Numbered from the stretch's first letter, positions 53,525-63,930 are shown. The stretch: DNA of 64,000 bases from Verrucomicrobiia bacterium (GCA_963664225.1 OY760937.1:128001-192000), one strand, 5' to 3'. A program made the numbers and translations. Notes: generated from the letters alone by a model not told the origin.

Positions 53525-53887
53525 ATGCGTACGCAAACCTCGCGGAAATCCGCCTTCACCCTGGTTGAAATCATGATCGTCGTGGCCATCATCGGCTTGC
53601 TGGCCGCGATCGCCATTCCTAACTTCGTCAAGGCCCGCCAGACCGCTCAGAAAAATGCTTGCATCGCGAATTTGAAGCAGATTGACGGTGCCATTGAACA
53701 ATATGCGTTGGAAAATAAGATAGCCACAGGAACGGCGGTTGCCATGACCGCCATTACCGGTGCGACAAACTACATCAAAGTTGCACCCAGTTGCCCTGCC
53801 ACAGGAACGGCTTATACCGGGGCTAACGTTGGTACACAACCTGTTTGCCCTTCCGCTGCGACGTATCCTGATCACAAGCTTCCGTAA
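53525..53887 (+). CDS. Type IV pilin, copy 1
   Basis: SAFTLVEIMIVVAIIGLLAAIAIPNF; CIANLKQI; C-terminal CP..CP. Confidence 0.92.
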   Translation: MRTQTSRKSAFTLVEIMIVVAIIGLLAAIAIPNFVKARQTAQKNACIANLKQIDGAIEQYALENKIATGTAVAMTAITGATNYIKVAPSCPATGTAYTGANVGTQPVCPSAATYPDHKLP

Positions 53888-53936
53888 TGCGGAAAGTGGC
53901 AACATAAGATTTGTTGCTCAGGCATTTTATTAAGCG

Positions 53937-53973
53937 AAAGGCTTGGAGGACGAAAATCCTCCAAGCCTTTTTT
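53937..53973 (+). terminator. Rho-independent terminator
   Basis: AAAGGCTTGGAGGA / TCCTCCAAGCCTTT plus T-run. Confidence 0.88.
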
Positions 53974-54174
53974 ATTTTTGAAGCCAGGTGTTGAATTGCA
54001 GTCCATTGTGGGTTAAATGAGCGGAATAGTTGGCAACGCGCTTCATGCGTTTATTGTCTCGATCCAAGGCATGTAAATTTAATAATGGACGTGTTCATTC
54101 CGCTGCAGTGTTTCCTGCTTTCATTTCAGGTTTAAACTCATACTTTTGTATTCAGTTCGCCTCCTGTTTGATAT

Positions 54175-54189
54175 TGGCACGAGACTTGC
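54175..54189 (+). promoter_or_regulatory. Sigma54 (-24/-12) promoter of pilin copy 2
   Basis: TGGCAC-GAGAC-TTGC. Confidence 0.85.
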
Positions 54190-54204
54190 TTTCGTTATTC
54201 TCGT

Positions 54205-54276
54205 GCGGTCGGTGTGAGGTTATCAGTGGACCGAACATGTTATCATATAAAACACCTCATACCGGGTTCACGCCGC
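54205..54276 (+). ncRNA. Candidate structured 5' leader RNA, copy 2
   Basis: GGTGTGAGG/CCTCATACC stem (G.U replaces A-U); GTGGACC/GGTTCAC; GCGG/CCGC. Confidence 0.55.
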
Positions 54277-54306
54277 GTTAAAAAGCACAACAAAAAAGTT
54301 AAACGT

Positions 54307-54669
54307 ATGCGTACTCAAACCTCGCGGAAATCCGCCTTCACCCTGGTTGAAATCATGATCGTCGTGGCCATCATCGGCTTGCTCGCCGCGATCGCCATCC
54401 CCAACTTCGTCAAGGCCCGCCAAACCGCTCAGAAAAATGCTTGCATCGCGAATTTGAAGCAAATTGACGGAGCCATTGAACAATATGCGTTGGAAAATAA
54501 GATAGCCAGCGGCACGGCGGTTGCCATGACGGCCATTACCGGTGCGACAAACTATATCAAAGTTGCACCCAGCTGCCCTGCCACTGGTGTGGATTATACC
54601 GGTGCTAGCGTCGGTACACAGCCTGTGTGCCCTTCTGCTGCGACTTATCCTGATCACAAGCTGCCTTAA
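54307..54669 (+). CDS. Type IV pilin, copy 2
   Basis: Same length as copy 1; four amino-acid differences visible. Confidence 0.92.
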   Translation: MRTQTSRKSAFTLVEIMIVVAIIGLLAAIAIPNFVKARQTAQKNACIANLKQIDGAIEQYALENKIASGTAVAMTAITGATNYIKVAPSCPATGVDYTGASVGTQPVCPSAATYPDHKLP

Positions 54670-54722
54670 GGTCGGCAGTGACAACATAAGTTTGATTGCT
54701 TTGATTTGTCTTTTAATGAATC

Positions 54723-54754
54723 GCTTGGAGGGGGGAACTCCTCCAGGCTTTTTT
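54723..54754 (+). terminator. Rho-independent terminator
   Basis: GCTTGGAGG / CTCCAGGC plus T-run. Confidence 0.75.
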
Positions 54755-54815
54755 ATGTTGGACTATCAGTTCTCAAATTTGAGTGGGTATTTTCTAACAA
54801 TGAACATCTCTAAAC

Positions 54816-55169
54816 ATGCATATCCGGCATCGGCAAAGGCGCCAGGCATTTACATTAGTGGAGATAATGGTGGTGATTGCGATCATTGGGCTGATAATGG
54901 CCATCGTAATTCCCAATTTCATCAAGACCCGGCAAATGGCTCAAGCACGAGTGTGCCTTGAAAATATCACACAAATAGAATCCGCAAAAACGCAATGGGG
55001 TTTGGACGCACTAAAAGGAAACGCCGATACTCCCACTGTTGCGAATCTGTTTGGATCGACAGGATATATTCGGGTTGAACCCAAATGCCCAGCCAACAAT
55101 GGAAGTTACGATCTGAAAACTTTGGGTGAAAGAGCAGTCTGTGCCATTCATGGGGATGGATTGCACTAA
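54816..55169 (+). CDS. Type IV pilin-like protein (divergent third copy)
   Basis: QAFTLVEIMVVIAIIGLIMAIVIPNF; C..N..QI..AK.QW; CP..C..HG. Confidence 0.88.
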   Translation: MHIRHRQRRQAFTLVEIMVVIAIIGLIMAIVIPNFIKTRQMAQARVCLENITQIESAKTQWGLDALKGNADTPTVANLFGSTGYIRVEPKCPANNGSYDLKTLGERAVCAIHGDGLH

Positions 55170-55301
55170 GTCGCTATCGAGAAACCCGAGCACAAAAGTA
55201 ACCCATTAAAATCTCCTTCACAGCGCCAAATCCGAGTCAATCGGTTTTGGCGCTTTTTTTGCCGGGTTGCGGGAAACGGGGCGCATGCTAGAATTGTGGC
55301 G

Positions 55302-56267
55302 ATGATTTCCGAAACGGAAAATGTGGTTGGTTCGAAGGCGCCAGGGCAGGGGATGAATCCTCGTCCGCGGCTGCCCGCATGGTTGCGCATGCCGCTGCCC
55401 ACGACCGACACCTACAGTCACACCCGCGCCATGCTCGGCGAACTGCACCTGCACACCGTCTGCGAAAGCGCGAAGTGCCCGAACCACTGGGAATGCTGGA
55501 GCCGTGGCACCGCCACATTCATGATCGGCGGGGACCGCTGCACGCGCGCCTGCGGTTTTTGCGCCATAGCAACGGCCAGGCCCCTGCCGCTCGATCCCGA
55601 CGAACCCGCCCGCGTGGCCGAGGCCGCCCGTCGCATGGGCTTGCGCCATGTGGTGATTACCGCGGTGGCGCGGGACGACATGCCGGATGGCGGCGCCGAT
55701 CATTTCCGGCGGACCATTCTCGCGGTCAAAGCCGCCGTTCCGAACCTGGTGGTGGAGGTATTGACGCCCGATTTCAACGACCGTGACGCGGCCATCGAAT
55801 GCGTGCTCGAAGCGCGGCCCGAGGTGTTCAATCACAACCTGGAAACCGTGCGGCGCTTGACGCCCTCGGTCCGTTCCCGGGCCACCTATGATCGTTCGTT
55901 GAGTGTCCTGCGAAAGGTCCGGGCCAAAGTGGGGCACAACCTTTACACCAAATCCGGCCTGATGCTCGGATTGGGCGAGACCCGGGAGGAAGTGCTGACC
56001 GCCATGGCCGACCTGCGAGAGGTCGATTGCGACATTTTGACGCTCGGCCAGTATTTGCAGCCCACGCGAGAGCATCTGCCCGTTCAGGACTTTATCGCTC
56101 CCGAACAATTTCTCGATTATGCGCGCCTGGCCCGTCAAATGGGGTTCGTGCATGCGGCCTGCGGACCTCTGGTGCGCAGCTCCTATCACGCGGAGGATTT
56201 TTCCCAAAACCAAACGCAACAGGCGGCGGAATCAGCGGGGCGGGATGCCGGCATTGCGGCGCATTAA
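55302..56267 (+). CDS. lipA: Lipoyl synthase
   Basis: TVCESAKCPNHWECW, CTRACGFC, FNHNLETV, TKSGLMLGLGE, PLVRSSYHA. Confidence 0.96.
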   Translation: MISETENVVGSKAPGQGMNPRPRLPAWLRMPLPTTDTYSHTRAMLGELHLHTVCESAKCPNHWECWSRGTATFMIGGDRCTRACGFCAIATARPLPLDPDEPARVAEAARRMGLRHVVITAVARDDMPDGGADHFRRTILAVKAAVPNLVVEVLTPDFNDRDAAIECVLEARPEVFNHNLETVRRLTPSVRSRATYDRSLSVLRKVRAKVGHNLYTKSGLMLGLGETREEVLTAMADLREVDCDILTLGQYLQPTREHLPVQDFIAPEQFLDYARLARQMGFVHAACGPLVRSSYHAEDFSQNQTQQAAESAGRDAGIAAH

Positions 56268-56867
56268 CATCACAGTGCCCCACACAATCAGCCCCAGCAA
56301 CACCAGCACGACCATCGTGGCCAGGATTTTCAACTGCCTGGCGCGCCGATGCATTCCCTGGATCTCCGCCTCCTGGTTCTGACGAAACATTTCCAGATGC
56401 TCCTCCATCGTGAGTCCCTGGGAGCTGAGGATCGTTTCGTCGGCAAACTTAAGCGTGATCCAGCGCCCGCGGACATCTCCAAAACCGGCGGGCATCCGTT
56501 CCAATTCCTCCGGCGTCGGCTCTTTGAACCCGATGAAGTGCTTCCAAAATGGGGCTTCTTCCAGCGTCCAAAACCGGACCAGTCCATGATTTCGGGCCAG
56601 CATCGTCACACGCTCCCAAAGCATGGGGCGCAAAGTTTCCTCCATCTCCGGGTGTAAAAAAGCCTCGCTATGCAAATGACCGTGGCGGACCATCATCGTC
56701 AAACCCACGGCGCCGAGCAACTCGCCTTTATCATCGAACACCACCTGAAACTCGATGAAGCGTTTCTCCAGTTCATCCGCAGGCAATTGCGCTTCCTTCC
56801 ATAAGGCGCGCAGCCACGGCACATCCTCAAACGTCGCCCGTCGGATAGAATAACTGGGTTGCTGCAT
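56232..56867 (-). CDS. GNAT-fold-like protein with C-terminal TM helix
   Basis: IRRATFED start, LLGAVGL, F..F..IGFK; hydrophobic C-terminus. Confidence 0.55.
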   Translation of the reverse strand: MQQPSYSIRRATFEDVPWLRALWKEAQLPADELEKRFIEFQVVFDDKGELLGAVGLTMMVRHGHLHSEAFLHPEMEETLRPMLWERVTMLARNHGLVRFWTLEEAPFWKHFIGFKEPTPEELERMPAGFGDVRGRWITLKFADETILSSQGLTMEEHLEMFRQNQEAEIQGMHRRARQLKILATMVVLVLLGLIVWGTVMLMRRNAGIPPR

Positions 56868-56956
56868 GTCTCCGACTCTATCGAATGCTCTGCGTCCCGT
56901 AAAGACTGGAGAAAAGGCGCGGATTTGGAGATTTGGGAGGATGCGCGGGGCGGGCT

Positions 56957-57811
56957 CTAAGATTCCTTATCCGTGGAGGACCGGATCTTAGCCTGGTGGA
57001 GTTTGTTGAGGATGTTCTGCAATTCCGAGTTATCGGGTGTCTCCACCTTTTTCGGCGGAGCCGGGGCAGGGGCCGGGGTCGGGGTCTCGGCCGTCTCAGG
57101 GGCGGATTGCTCCTCCACCGCACTGGGGTTTTCGGCTTCGGTTTCCAGCCGTTTGCGTGCTTTTTCGGCTGCGGCCGTGTCTGGATATTCCTCGACAATT
57201 CGCGTCAGCAATTCGCTCGCCTTTTTGGGCTTATTGAGTTTGCTGATGTAAAGATTGCACAAATGAATGGCCGTCCACCCCCATTGTTCCGCCGACAATT
57301 TTTGCTTGAGCACTTCCTCATACTCGAGCGCCGAGGCCAATGGATTGTGCAGATCTTTCTCGTAAATCTCGGCTATGCGGATGGCCACATGTTGTTCGTT
57401 GGGATTCTTCAGCAGGTAGCCCCGCATCAATTCAATCGCCTCCAGATGATTTCCATCCACCCACTTTTGCTCGGCGATCTCGTAATCCGTATCCTTGAAG
57501 CCTTCCCCTTCCTCGTTGAACAGGAATTTTCCAAAGCGATGCCCCACGTAATTGGACACTTCGTGACCCGCCATCAGGCCCAGTATGAGCACGGTGCCAA
57601 AGAATGCGCCGCCATATATGATGATATTTGAGAACTTGGCGCTGGAGGGCAGTTGATGCGCGACCACGTTATCCTTGTTGGCAGCCTCCTCGAGGTCCGC
57701 CGTCGTGCTCATCAATCGGTTGTAATTCTTGTGGAAACCGTGGAAAAAAAGACACGAAAGGACCAACAGCACCGTATAGACGGCGATCTTGATTATGTTG
57801 TTCACGGCCAT
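56957..57811 (-). CDS. Membrane-anchored TPR-like protein
   Basis: Two TM segments, helical repeats, IVEEYPDTAAAEKARKRL, Pro/Ala-rich tail. Confidence 0.7.
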   Translation of the reverse strand: MAVNNIIKIAVYTVLLVLSCLFFHGFHKNYNRLMSTTADLEEAANKDNVVAHQLPSSAKFSNIIIYGGAFFGTVLILGLMAGHEVSNYVGHRFGKFLFNEEGEGFKDTDYEIAEQKWVDGNHLEAIELMRGYLLKNPNEQHVAIRIAEIYEKDLHNPLASALEYEEVLKQKLSAEQWGWTAIHLCNLYISKLNKPKKASELLTRIVEEYPDTAAAEKARKRLETEAENPSAVEEQSAPETAETPTPAPAPAPPKKVETPDNSELQNILNKLHQAKIRSSTDKES

Positions 57812-57883
57812 TCCGGGGGATTAAAAGCAATAACCGGACCAATTTAAAGGGAATAATTGTGGCTATTTAACAGGAACCCATCA

Positions 57884-58819
57884 TCAAAAAATTGCCGGAA
57901 CCCCCTCTTCCAGCATGCGCACATGCCGGATGATTCCGTTCTTATGGGCCAGTTCATTGAGCCAGCGGGGCGGTTCATCCATGTTCTCGAACGAGAGTCG
58001 GAAGCTTCCATAGTGCATCGGGACCAACCATTTGGAACCCAGGTCCTTAAAGACCTTGATGGCTTCGTCCGGTCCCATGTGTACCCGGCGTAATTCATCC
58101 GGCAGATACGCGCCAATGGGCAAGAGCGCAACCTCGGGTTTGCATCGTTTGCCAATCTCCTTGAATCCGTCCGAGTAGGCGGTGTCCCCCGCGTGATAAA
58201 CACTCCGGCCTTGATGCTCGACCACAAACCCGCCAAATCCGCGATGGGCATCGCGCAGCGTGCGGGCACCCCAGTGTTTGGATGGCGTTAACGTTACCTT
58301 CAGGTCGCCCTGCGTAAAGGTTTCCCACCACTTAAGCTCTATGATGCGCTCGAAACCCAGGCCTCGGGCCAAATCTCCCATTCCCCAGGGCATGATGGCC
58401 AGTTTGGGGGCGGGCAGTTTCCGCAGGGTGGGCTTATGAAAATGGTCGAAATGCGCATGCGTCAGAAGTACCAGGTCGATGGGTGGAAGGTCTTCGATCT
58501 TCATTCCGGCGCGTTTCACTCGCTTGAGCAAAAACAGCCAGTTCGCGAAATTGGGATCGAACAGGGCGTTTAAATCGTTGAATTGTAATAAGAAAGAAGC
58601 GTGACCGATCCACGTCAAGGCAAGCTGGCTCTCCTTCAAATTCGGAAACACCGGTCTCTTATGCTGACCGGTGCGCCGCATTAAGAGCGTTTTCCAGATC
58701 ATCTCCCGGAAAAACGTGCGCGGGTTGAAGGCGCGGGACGGCGTTAAATCCTTGAAGGATCGCGGTATCTGCCGCCTCGTTCGCCCTTTTACTGCCACTG
58801 CATCGGGATCCCAATTCAT
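57884..58819 (-). CDS. MBL-fold metallo-hydrolase
   Basis: TWIGHASF, THAHFDH, YHAGDT, LPIGAY, PMHYGSF. Confidence 0.9.
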   Translation of the reverse strand: MNWDPDAVAVKGRTRRQIPRSFKDLTPSRAFNPRTFFREMIWKTLLMRRTGQHKRPVFPNLKESQLALTWIGHASFLLQFNDLNALFDPNFANWLFLLKRVKRAGMKIEDLPPIDLVLLTHAHFDHFHKPTLRKLPAPKLAIMPWGMGDLARGLGFERIIELKWWETFTQGDLKVTLTPSKHWGARTLRDAHRGFGGFVVEHQGRSVYHAGDTAYSDGFKEIGKRCKPEVALLPIGAYLPDELRRVHMGPDEAIKVFKDLGSKWLVPMHYGSFRLSFENMDEPPRWLNELAHKNGIIRHVRMLEEGVPAIF

Positions 58820-58906
58820 ATCCGTGATAATGGGCAGATTACGCCCCTTTGAATAAATTACAAGGGGTGGCGTCGAACGCAATGAAGGTATAAAATAAAG
58901 GTTTAT

Positions 58907-59446
58907 ATGAAACCGATGATGAAAGTTACGATTTTAGCGCTCACACTCGCGGCCGTCGCGAGCTCTGGTTTTCAGAACGCTTATGCGGGAGACCGGGAGT
59001 GGGCCACCGCAGGCAAGGTTTTGACGGGCGTGGCTGTCGGGAGTCTGCTGGTGCGGGCCTTGGAACCCTGTCCGCCGCCGGTCTGTGCCCCCTTGGTTTG
59101 TGAGTCGCCACGCACGGTCTATATGGTTCCTCAGCAGACTACCGTGGTATATCAGCAACCGGTCGTTCAACAGGCCATGGTTCAAACCACGACCACCACG
59201 ACGGCGCCCAATGGTCAGCAAACGACGACCGTTGTCACTCAACCGACACAAACGATTGTCCAGTCCGCGCCCGTTTATGTGCAGCCCGCCCCGGTGGTAT
59301 ATGCCCCGGCGCCCGTTGTTTACGTGGCCCCCAGACCGGTGGTTACGGTGGGTTTTTGGGGTGGACCCTATTACGGCCCGCGCCCTTATTACGGTTACGG
59401 TCATGGTTATGGTCATGGATACAGCCGTGGGCACGGCCGCTGGTAA
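58907..59446 (+). CDS. Secreted Pro/Val/Tyr-rich low-complexity protein
   Basis: Signal peptide, GDREWATAGKVLTG, PAPVVY repeats, YGHG repeats. Confidence 0.7.
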   Translation: MKPMMKVTILALTLAAVASSGFQNAYAGDREWATAGKVLTGVAVGSLLVRALEPCPPPVCAPLVCESPRTVYMVPQQTTVVYQQPVVQQAMVQTTTTTTAPNGQQTTTVVTQPTQTIVQSAPVYVQPAPVVYAPAPVVYVAPRPVVTVGFWGGPYYGPRPYYGYGHGYGHGYSRGHGRW

Positions 59447-59759
59447 TATAAATAGCGCCACACGAAACATTTAAAACGAACCGGCCGCTTGGGGCATGGA
59501 ACAGGTCAAAAGAGCCTGTCCGATCCCAGGCGGCCTTTCTCTTTCCCGGGCAGTTGTTCTTTTGTCTCATTGGGTCAGGCGCGCCTGTCAATTTTAGCCG
59601 GTCACAAACCTTTTGCGGGGACTCATCTGATGTGTAAATAATTACTACACAATCACATGCAACCAAGAACAACCAGGTTGCTCAAAAGGTTGGAATTTTA
59701 TTGTCATGTCGCCCGGTGATGTTACATTGTTGTGAAGCATTAGGTTTTAGTTTGCAGTT

Positions 59760-59993
59760 ATGTCGTGTGACACAAACAACGCCGTTGACGGTAATAGTCT
59801 GTTAAGAAGCTCGTCCCTTTATCGGGAGTTTCAAGCTGAGCGGGAGGAAATCCTGCGTCATAAATGGCTTGAGTCCGAAAAAGCAGGCTACGATATCGGG
59901 TTCGAATGGGCCTTGACCGATTGGATCATCAAGCACCGATCCAAATGGAAAAAGAACCGCCAACTGGAAACCCACACCGCAGTCGCTGGCTGA
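59760..59993 (+). CDS. Small DUF4032-like protein
   Basis: EREEILRHKWLESEKAGYDIGFE.AL.DW. Confidence 0.7.
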   Translation: MSCDTNNAVDGNSLLRSSSLYREFQAEREEILRHKWLESEKAGYDIGFEWALTDWIIKHRSKWKKNRQLETHTAVAG

Positions 59994-60091
59994 AATAACC
60001 CTTCCACGTAATTTTGGGAGGGCGGCGCTGAGAAGGTGGATGTGGGATTTTTGTTTTAATTTTTAACCGATGCCATATTCGATATTGCACT

Positions 60092-60637
60092 GTGTCCACC
60101 TTGACTTCAAAAAATAACCCCGTTTTAAACGCTCAGGAAATCCAGGAGGCCCTTCAGCGCCTGGCCGGGGAAATCATCCACAACAAGAATAATTCCGACG
60201 ACATGGTGTTGGTCGGAATACAACGCGGCGGGGTTCATCTTGCGGAACGTCTGAGCCTGATTTTCAAGGATAAATTCTCACGCCAGATTCCCGTGGGCAC
60301 TCTGGATGTGAACATGTACCGCGACGATTTGAACCAGCGCGCCGCGCCTCCCGTGCATCCGACCCTGATTCCCTTCGATATCACCGGCAAGGCTGTGGTT
60401 TTGGTGGATGACGTGTTATTCAAGGGGCGGACAGTGCGGGCGGCGATGGATGCGTTGAATGATTTTGGGCGGCCCCGTTGCATCGAGCTGGCGGTTTTGA
60501 TCGATCGCGGGCATCGGGAATTGCCCATTCGAGCGGATTTTGTGGGCCGGGCGGTTTCTACCGGGCCATTGGACAAAGTGGATGTCAGGTTGCGCGAGGA
60601 CGGCGATGCCGAGGGGGTCTTTCTTGTTTGTGCATGA
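60092..60637 (+). CDS. pyrR: PyrR bifunctional regulator/uracil phosphoribosyltransferase
   Basis: [42 protein letters not shown]. Confidence 0.95.
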   Translation: MSTLTSKNNPVLNAQEIQEALQRLAGEIIHNKNNSDDMVLVGIQRGGVHLAERLSLIFKDKFSRQIPVGTLDVNMYRDDLNQRAAPPVHPTLIPFDITGKAVVLVDDVLFKGRTVRAAMDALNDFGRPRCIELAVLIDRGHRELPIRADFVGRAVSTGPLDKVDVRLREDGDAEGVFLVCA

Positions 60638-61578
60638 TCTGGAATCGTAAACACTTGCTGGATATCGAATCGCTCTCGCCCGAGGAAATCAACCTCGTGC
60701 TGGACACCGCCCGGGCGTTCAAAGCCGTGGGAGAGCGGGCGATTAAAAAAGTGCCGGCTCTGCGGGGCAAAACCGTCATCAACCTGTTCGTCGAACCCTC
60801 CACGCGCACGCGCATCAGTTTTGAGCTGGCTGCCACGCGTTTAACTGCGGATATCGTTAATTTCTCGGCTGAAATTTCCTCCCTGCGCAAAGGGGAAACC
60901 CTCAAGGACACGGCGCGCAATCTCGAGGCGTTGAATGCGGATATCATCATCATCCGGCACAGCGCCGCCGGGGCGCCTCAATTCTTGTCCCGGGTGCTCA
61001 ATTCATGCGTGGTCAACGCCGGGGATGGCGCCCACGAACATCCCACACAGGCCTTGCTCGACGCCTTCACCATTCGCGAAAAGCGGGGCAAGCTGGCCGG
61101 ATTGAACGTCACCATCCTGGGCGATATTCTCTACAGCCGGGTGGCCCGTTCCAATATCTGGGCGCTCACGAAATTGGGGGCCAAAGTGACATTGTGCGGC
61201 CCTCCGACGCTGGTGCCCAAGGTGTTCGAGCAAATGGGTTGCCGGGTGGTTTATGATGTGAACGAGGCCATTGAAGGGGCGGACATCATTAATTTGCTGC
61301 GCATTCAGCACGAACGCCAGCGCAAGAGCATGTTCCCGAGTCTGGGTGAATACACCTCGCTTTTCGGTCTGAACAAGGAGCGCATGGCACGAACCAAACC
61401 CGACGTGATCATTATGCATCCCGGCCCGATCAACCGCGGCGTGGAGATCGACAGCGATGTGGCCGATTGCAGCCGCTCGGTGATTCTTGAGCAGGTGACC
61501 AACGGGCTGGCGGTGCGCATGGCCGTATTGTTTCTGGTCAATGGCGGCAAGGGCCCGCAAGAAGTCAGTGGGAATTGA
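60634..61578 (+). CDS. pyrB: Aspartate carbamoyltransferase catalytic subunit
   Basis: [41 protein letters not shown] overlap with pyrR. Confidence 0.97.
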   Translation: MIWNRKHLLDIESLSPEEINLVLDTARAFKAVGERAIKKVPALRGKTVINLFVEPSTRTRISFELAATRLTADIVNFSAEISSLRKGETLKDTARNLEALNADIIIIRHSAAGAPQFLSRVLNSCVVNAGDGAHEHPTQALLDAFTIREKRGKLAGLNVTILGDILYSRVARSNIWALTKLGAKVTLCGPPTLVPKVFEQMGCRVVYDVNEAIEGADIINLLRIQHERQRKSMFPSLGEYTSLFGLNKERMARTKPDVIIMHPGPINRGVEIDSDVADCSRSVILEQVTNGLAVRMAVLFLVNGGKGPQEVSGN

Positions 61579-61690
61579 CCGGGTCCAGTCACGAACCATC
61601 CTTCCCATCCATGTACGCGGTTGGCTGTTCGTTTTTTCTTCTCCATTATCCATTTTCCACCGCCCTCCGCCCTCCGCCCTCCGCTCTCTT

Positions 61691-62590
61691 TTAAAACACC
61701 TCAGCTTCGATCCCGGCGTCCGTCTTGATCTTCCGGGAGATTTGGGCCAGGGCTTGGAGTGGCAGATGATTGCAGCCCTCCACGGCGGTCGGTTGGTGGG
61801 CGGAGCAAACCAAAACACGTTGGATGATCGCCCCCGCGTCTCGCAATTCCGCCAGACGCCGCACATATTGGTCGATCTGCGCGGGTGGCGGTTCCTGGCC
61901 GTGCAGACAGGGGAACAGACTTTGAATCACCACCGGGCGCTGCCGCCCCAGAAGCAGCAAATTCTCCAATATCCGGCTTAAAGGGACCGAGGCGCGGTTG
62001 ATGGCATCCATGTATTCCTGGGTGCCCGCGTCCAATTTCACCCAAACCTCATCGGTCATGCTCAGCCTTTTAAATCCATCCTGTATGTGCGCCAGGTGCA
62101 GACCCGAGCCGTTGGTCATGACCACAATCCTAAAATACGGGTTCACGGAGCGCTGGTGAGCCAGGGTTTCCAGGGCTGCCGCAAAGTTGGGGCACAAGGT
62201 CGGTTCCCCGTCCCCGCTCACCGCCACGCCTTGAAAACGCAGCAGATCCCGGGGGACTTTTTGAAAAGCGGGCACACAAGTCAGATCGCCCTGCATCGCC
62301 TGTTCCAGCGCGCTGCGCAAGGCCGTCTCCAGCATCTTGAGATTCACCCCTTCGCCCGGGCTTATCCGGTTGCGGCGGACCTCGCAGTAAACGCAATTAA
62401 AATTGCATTCCCGGCCCGGATTGAGATTCACCCCCACCGTCAAACCGTGTGCGCGCTGGGAAATGGCCAGATAGACAAGCCGCTGCCCCAGAAAACAGCG
62501 CGGTTCTCCAAAGGTGGATTCGACACACCTACGGGTTGGTCGTGGTGGATGCCCGCTGTTTCCTCCGCTATCGTTGATTCTGGTGCCCAT
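61691..62590 (-). CDS. Radical SAM protein
   Basis: GVNLNP..CNFNCVYCEV, SGDGEPTL, TNGSGL, KLDAGT. Confidence 0.9.
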   Translation of the reverse strand: MGTRINDSGGNSGHPPRPTRRCVESTFGEPRCFLGQRLVYLAISQRAHGLTVGVNLNPGRECNFNCVYCEVRRNRISPGEGVNLKMLETALRSALEQAMQGDLTCVPAFQKVPRDLLRFQGVAVSGDGEPTLCPNFAAALETLAHQRSVNPYFRIVVMTNGSGLHLAHIQDGFKRLSMTDEVWVKLDAGTQEYMDAINRASVPLSRILENLLLLGRQRPVVIQSLFPCLHGQEPPPAQIDQYVRRLAELRDAGAIIQRVLVCSAHQPTAVEGCNHLPLQALAQISRKIKTDAGIEAEVF

Positions 62591-62738
62591 TCCCGAAACG
62601 AAGCCGCGCGGCAATACTGCCTCAGCCTCGATTGAAAATTACACCTTCTCCGCAAACCTGGCTTGTCAACGGTTGGCATTCCCTTGGCAATTATTGCTTT
62701 TCACGCACGCCTTGCACCGCACCAAAATTACTTTCCCC

Positions 62739-62845
62739 ATCCGTGTCATCCGTCCTATCCGTGGTTGCCACGAGCGTGACCGTGCCGCATGTCTTCTCTC
62801 CCGCCCAGCGAGGCACGAGCGGGGAGGGAGCTGGAGGGAGGGGTC
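62739..62845 (-). repeat. Degenerate reverse copy of repeat modules
   Basis: ATCCGTGTCATCCGTCCTATCCGTGGTTG followed by a purine-rich GGGGAGGGAGCTGGAGGGAGGGG segment. Confidence 0.55.
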
Positions 62846-62934
62846 GCCAGAAGGTTCCTCCCATTCATCGATGCATTAAACCTCTTCTCCACTCTCTTTC
62901 TATAAAATCTATGTGCCTTTCGCAGTCCAAGTCT

Positions 62935-63930
62935 TTATGCCCGCGCGGAAATCTCCAGCATCCGCTCAATCGGCAGGCGGGCCTTTTGGATGATTTCATC
63001 GCTCAGTTCCACCTGTGGGCGCAGATCCACCATGCAATCGTAAAGCTTCTCGAGCGTATTCATCTTCATGAACTTGCATTCGTTGCAATGGCAGCTCTCG
63101 GTGGGCGCGGCAATGAACTTTTTGCCAGGGCACGTTTTTTCCAGCCGGTGAATCATCCCCGCTTCCGTGGCGATCAGAAACGTCGGGGCAGGGGATTGCT
63201 GGCAATAGGTGACCATGCGCTCCGTGGAGCAGACCTCATCGGCCAGTATCCGCACGGCCTTGGTGCATTCGGGGTGCGCCACCAGCGGTGCGCCGGGGTG
63301 CTCCCGACGCAGTCGGGAAATCGCCGCATGCGTGAACTCCACATGCACGTAGCAATTGCCTTTCCACAAGGTCATCGGACGCCCCGTCTGTTCCATCACC
63401 CAGGAACCCAGGTTCTCATCCGGCACGAACAGCAAATCCCGATCCTTGGGCGCGGCCTTGACGATCTTCACCGCATTGCCGCTGGTACAGATGACATCGC
63501 TCAGGGCTTTGACCGCCGCGCTGCAATTGATGTAGGCAATCGTGTAAAAATTGGGATTGGTCGCCTGAAACGCCTTCAATTTATCCGCCGGACAGCTTTC
63601 CTCCAGCGAACAACCCGCATCGCGATCCGGGAGAACCACGATTTTGCCCGGATTAAGAATCTTGGCCGTTTCAGCCATGAAATGGACGCCGCAAAAGACA
63701 ATGACCTGCGCGGGAGTCTTCGCCGCTTGTTGGGCCAGGCCCAGCGAGTCGCCCACATAATCCGCCACGTCCTGAATCTCGGGCACCTGATAGTTGTGCG
63801 CGAGAATGACCGCGTTAAGCTTGCGCTTCAACTCGAGTATCTCACGCGCCAACGTATCCAGTTTCTCTGGCGGAAGAGTTTTCCGCTCAATGGCTTTCAC
63901 TGCCTCTGTTATCTGCACTTCCATACTCAT
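62935..63930 (-). CDS. nadA: Quinolinate synthase
   Basis: ILAHNYQ, GDSL.LA, FCGVHFMAETAKILNP, YINCSA, LVAHPEC, CKFMKMNTL. Confidence 0.96.
   Translation of the reverse strand: MSMEVQITEAVKAIERKTLPPEKLDTLAREILELKRKLNAVILAHNYQVPEIQDVADYVGDSLGLAQQAAKTPAQVIVFCGVHFMAETAKILNPGKIVVLPDRDAGCSLEESCPADKLKAFQATNPNFYTIAYINCSAAVKALSDVICTSGNAVKIVKAAPKDRDLLFVPDENLGSWVMEQTGRPMTLWKGNCYVHVEFTHAAISRLRREHPGAPLVAHPECTKAVRILADEVCSTERMVTYCQQSPAPTFLIATEAGMIHRLEKTCPGKKFIAAPTESCHCNECKFMKMNTLEKLYDCMVDLRPQVELSDEIIQKARLPIERMLEISARA

Noticed and set aside
53525..54669. Diversity-generating retroelement or silent pilS-type cassette
   Set aside because: There is no reverse transcriptase, differences are not adenine-specific, and both copies are full length with promoters.
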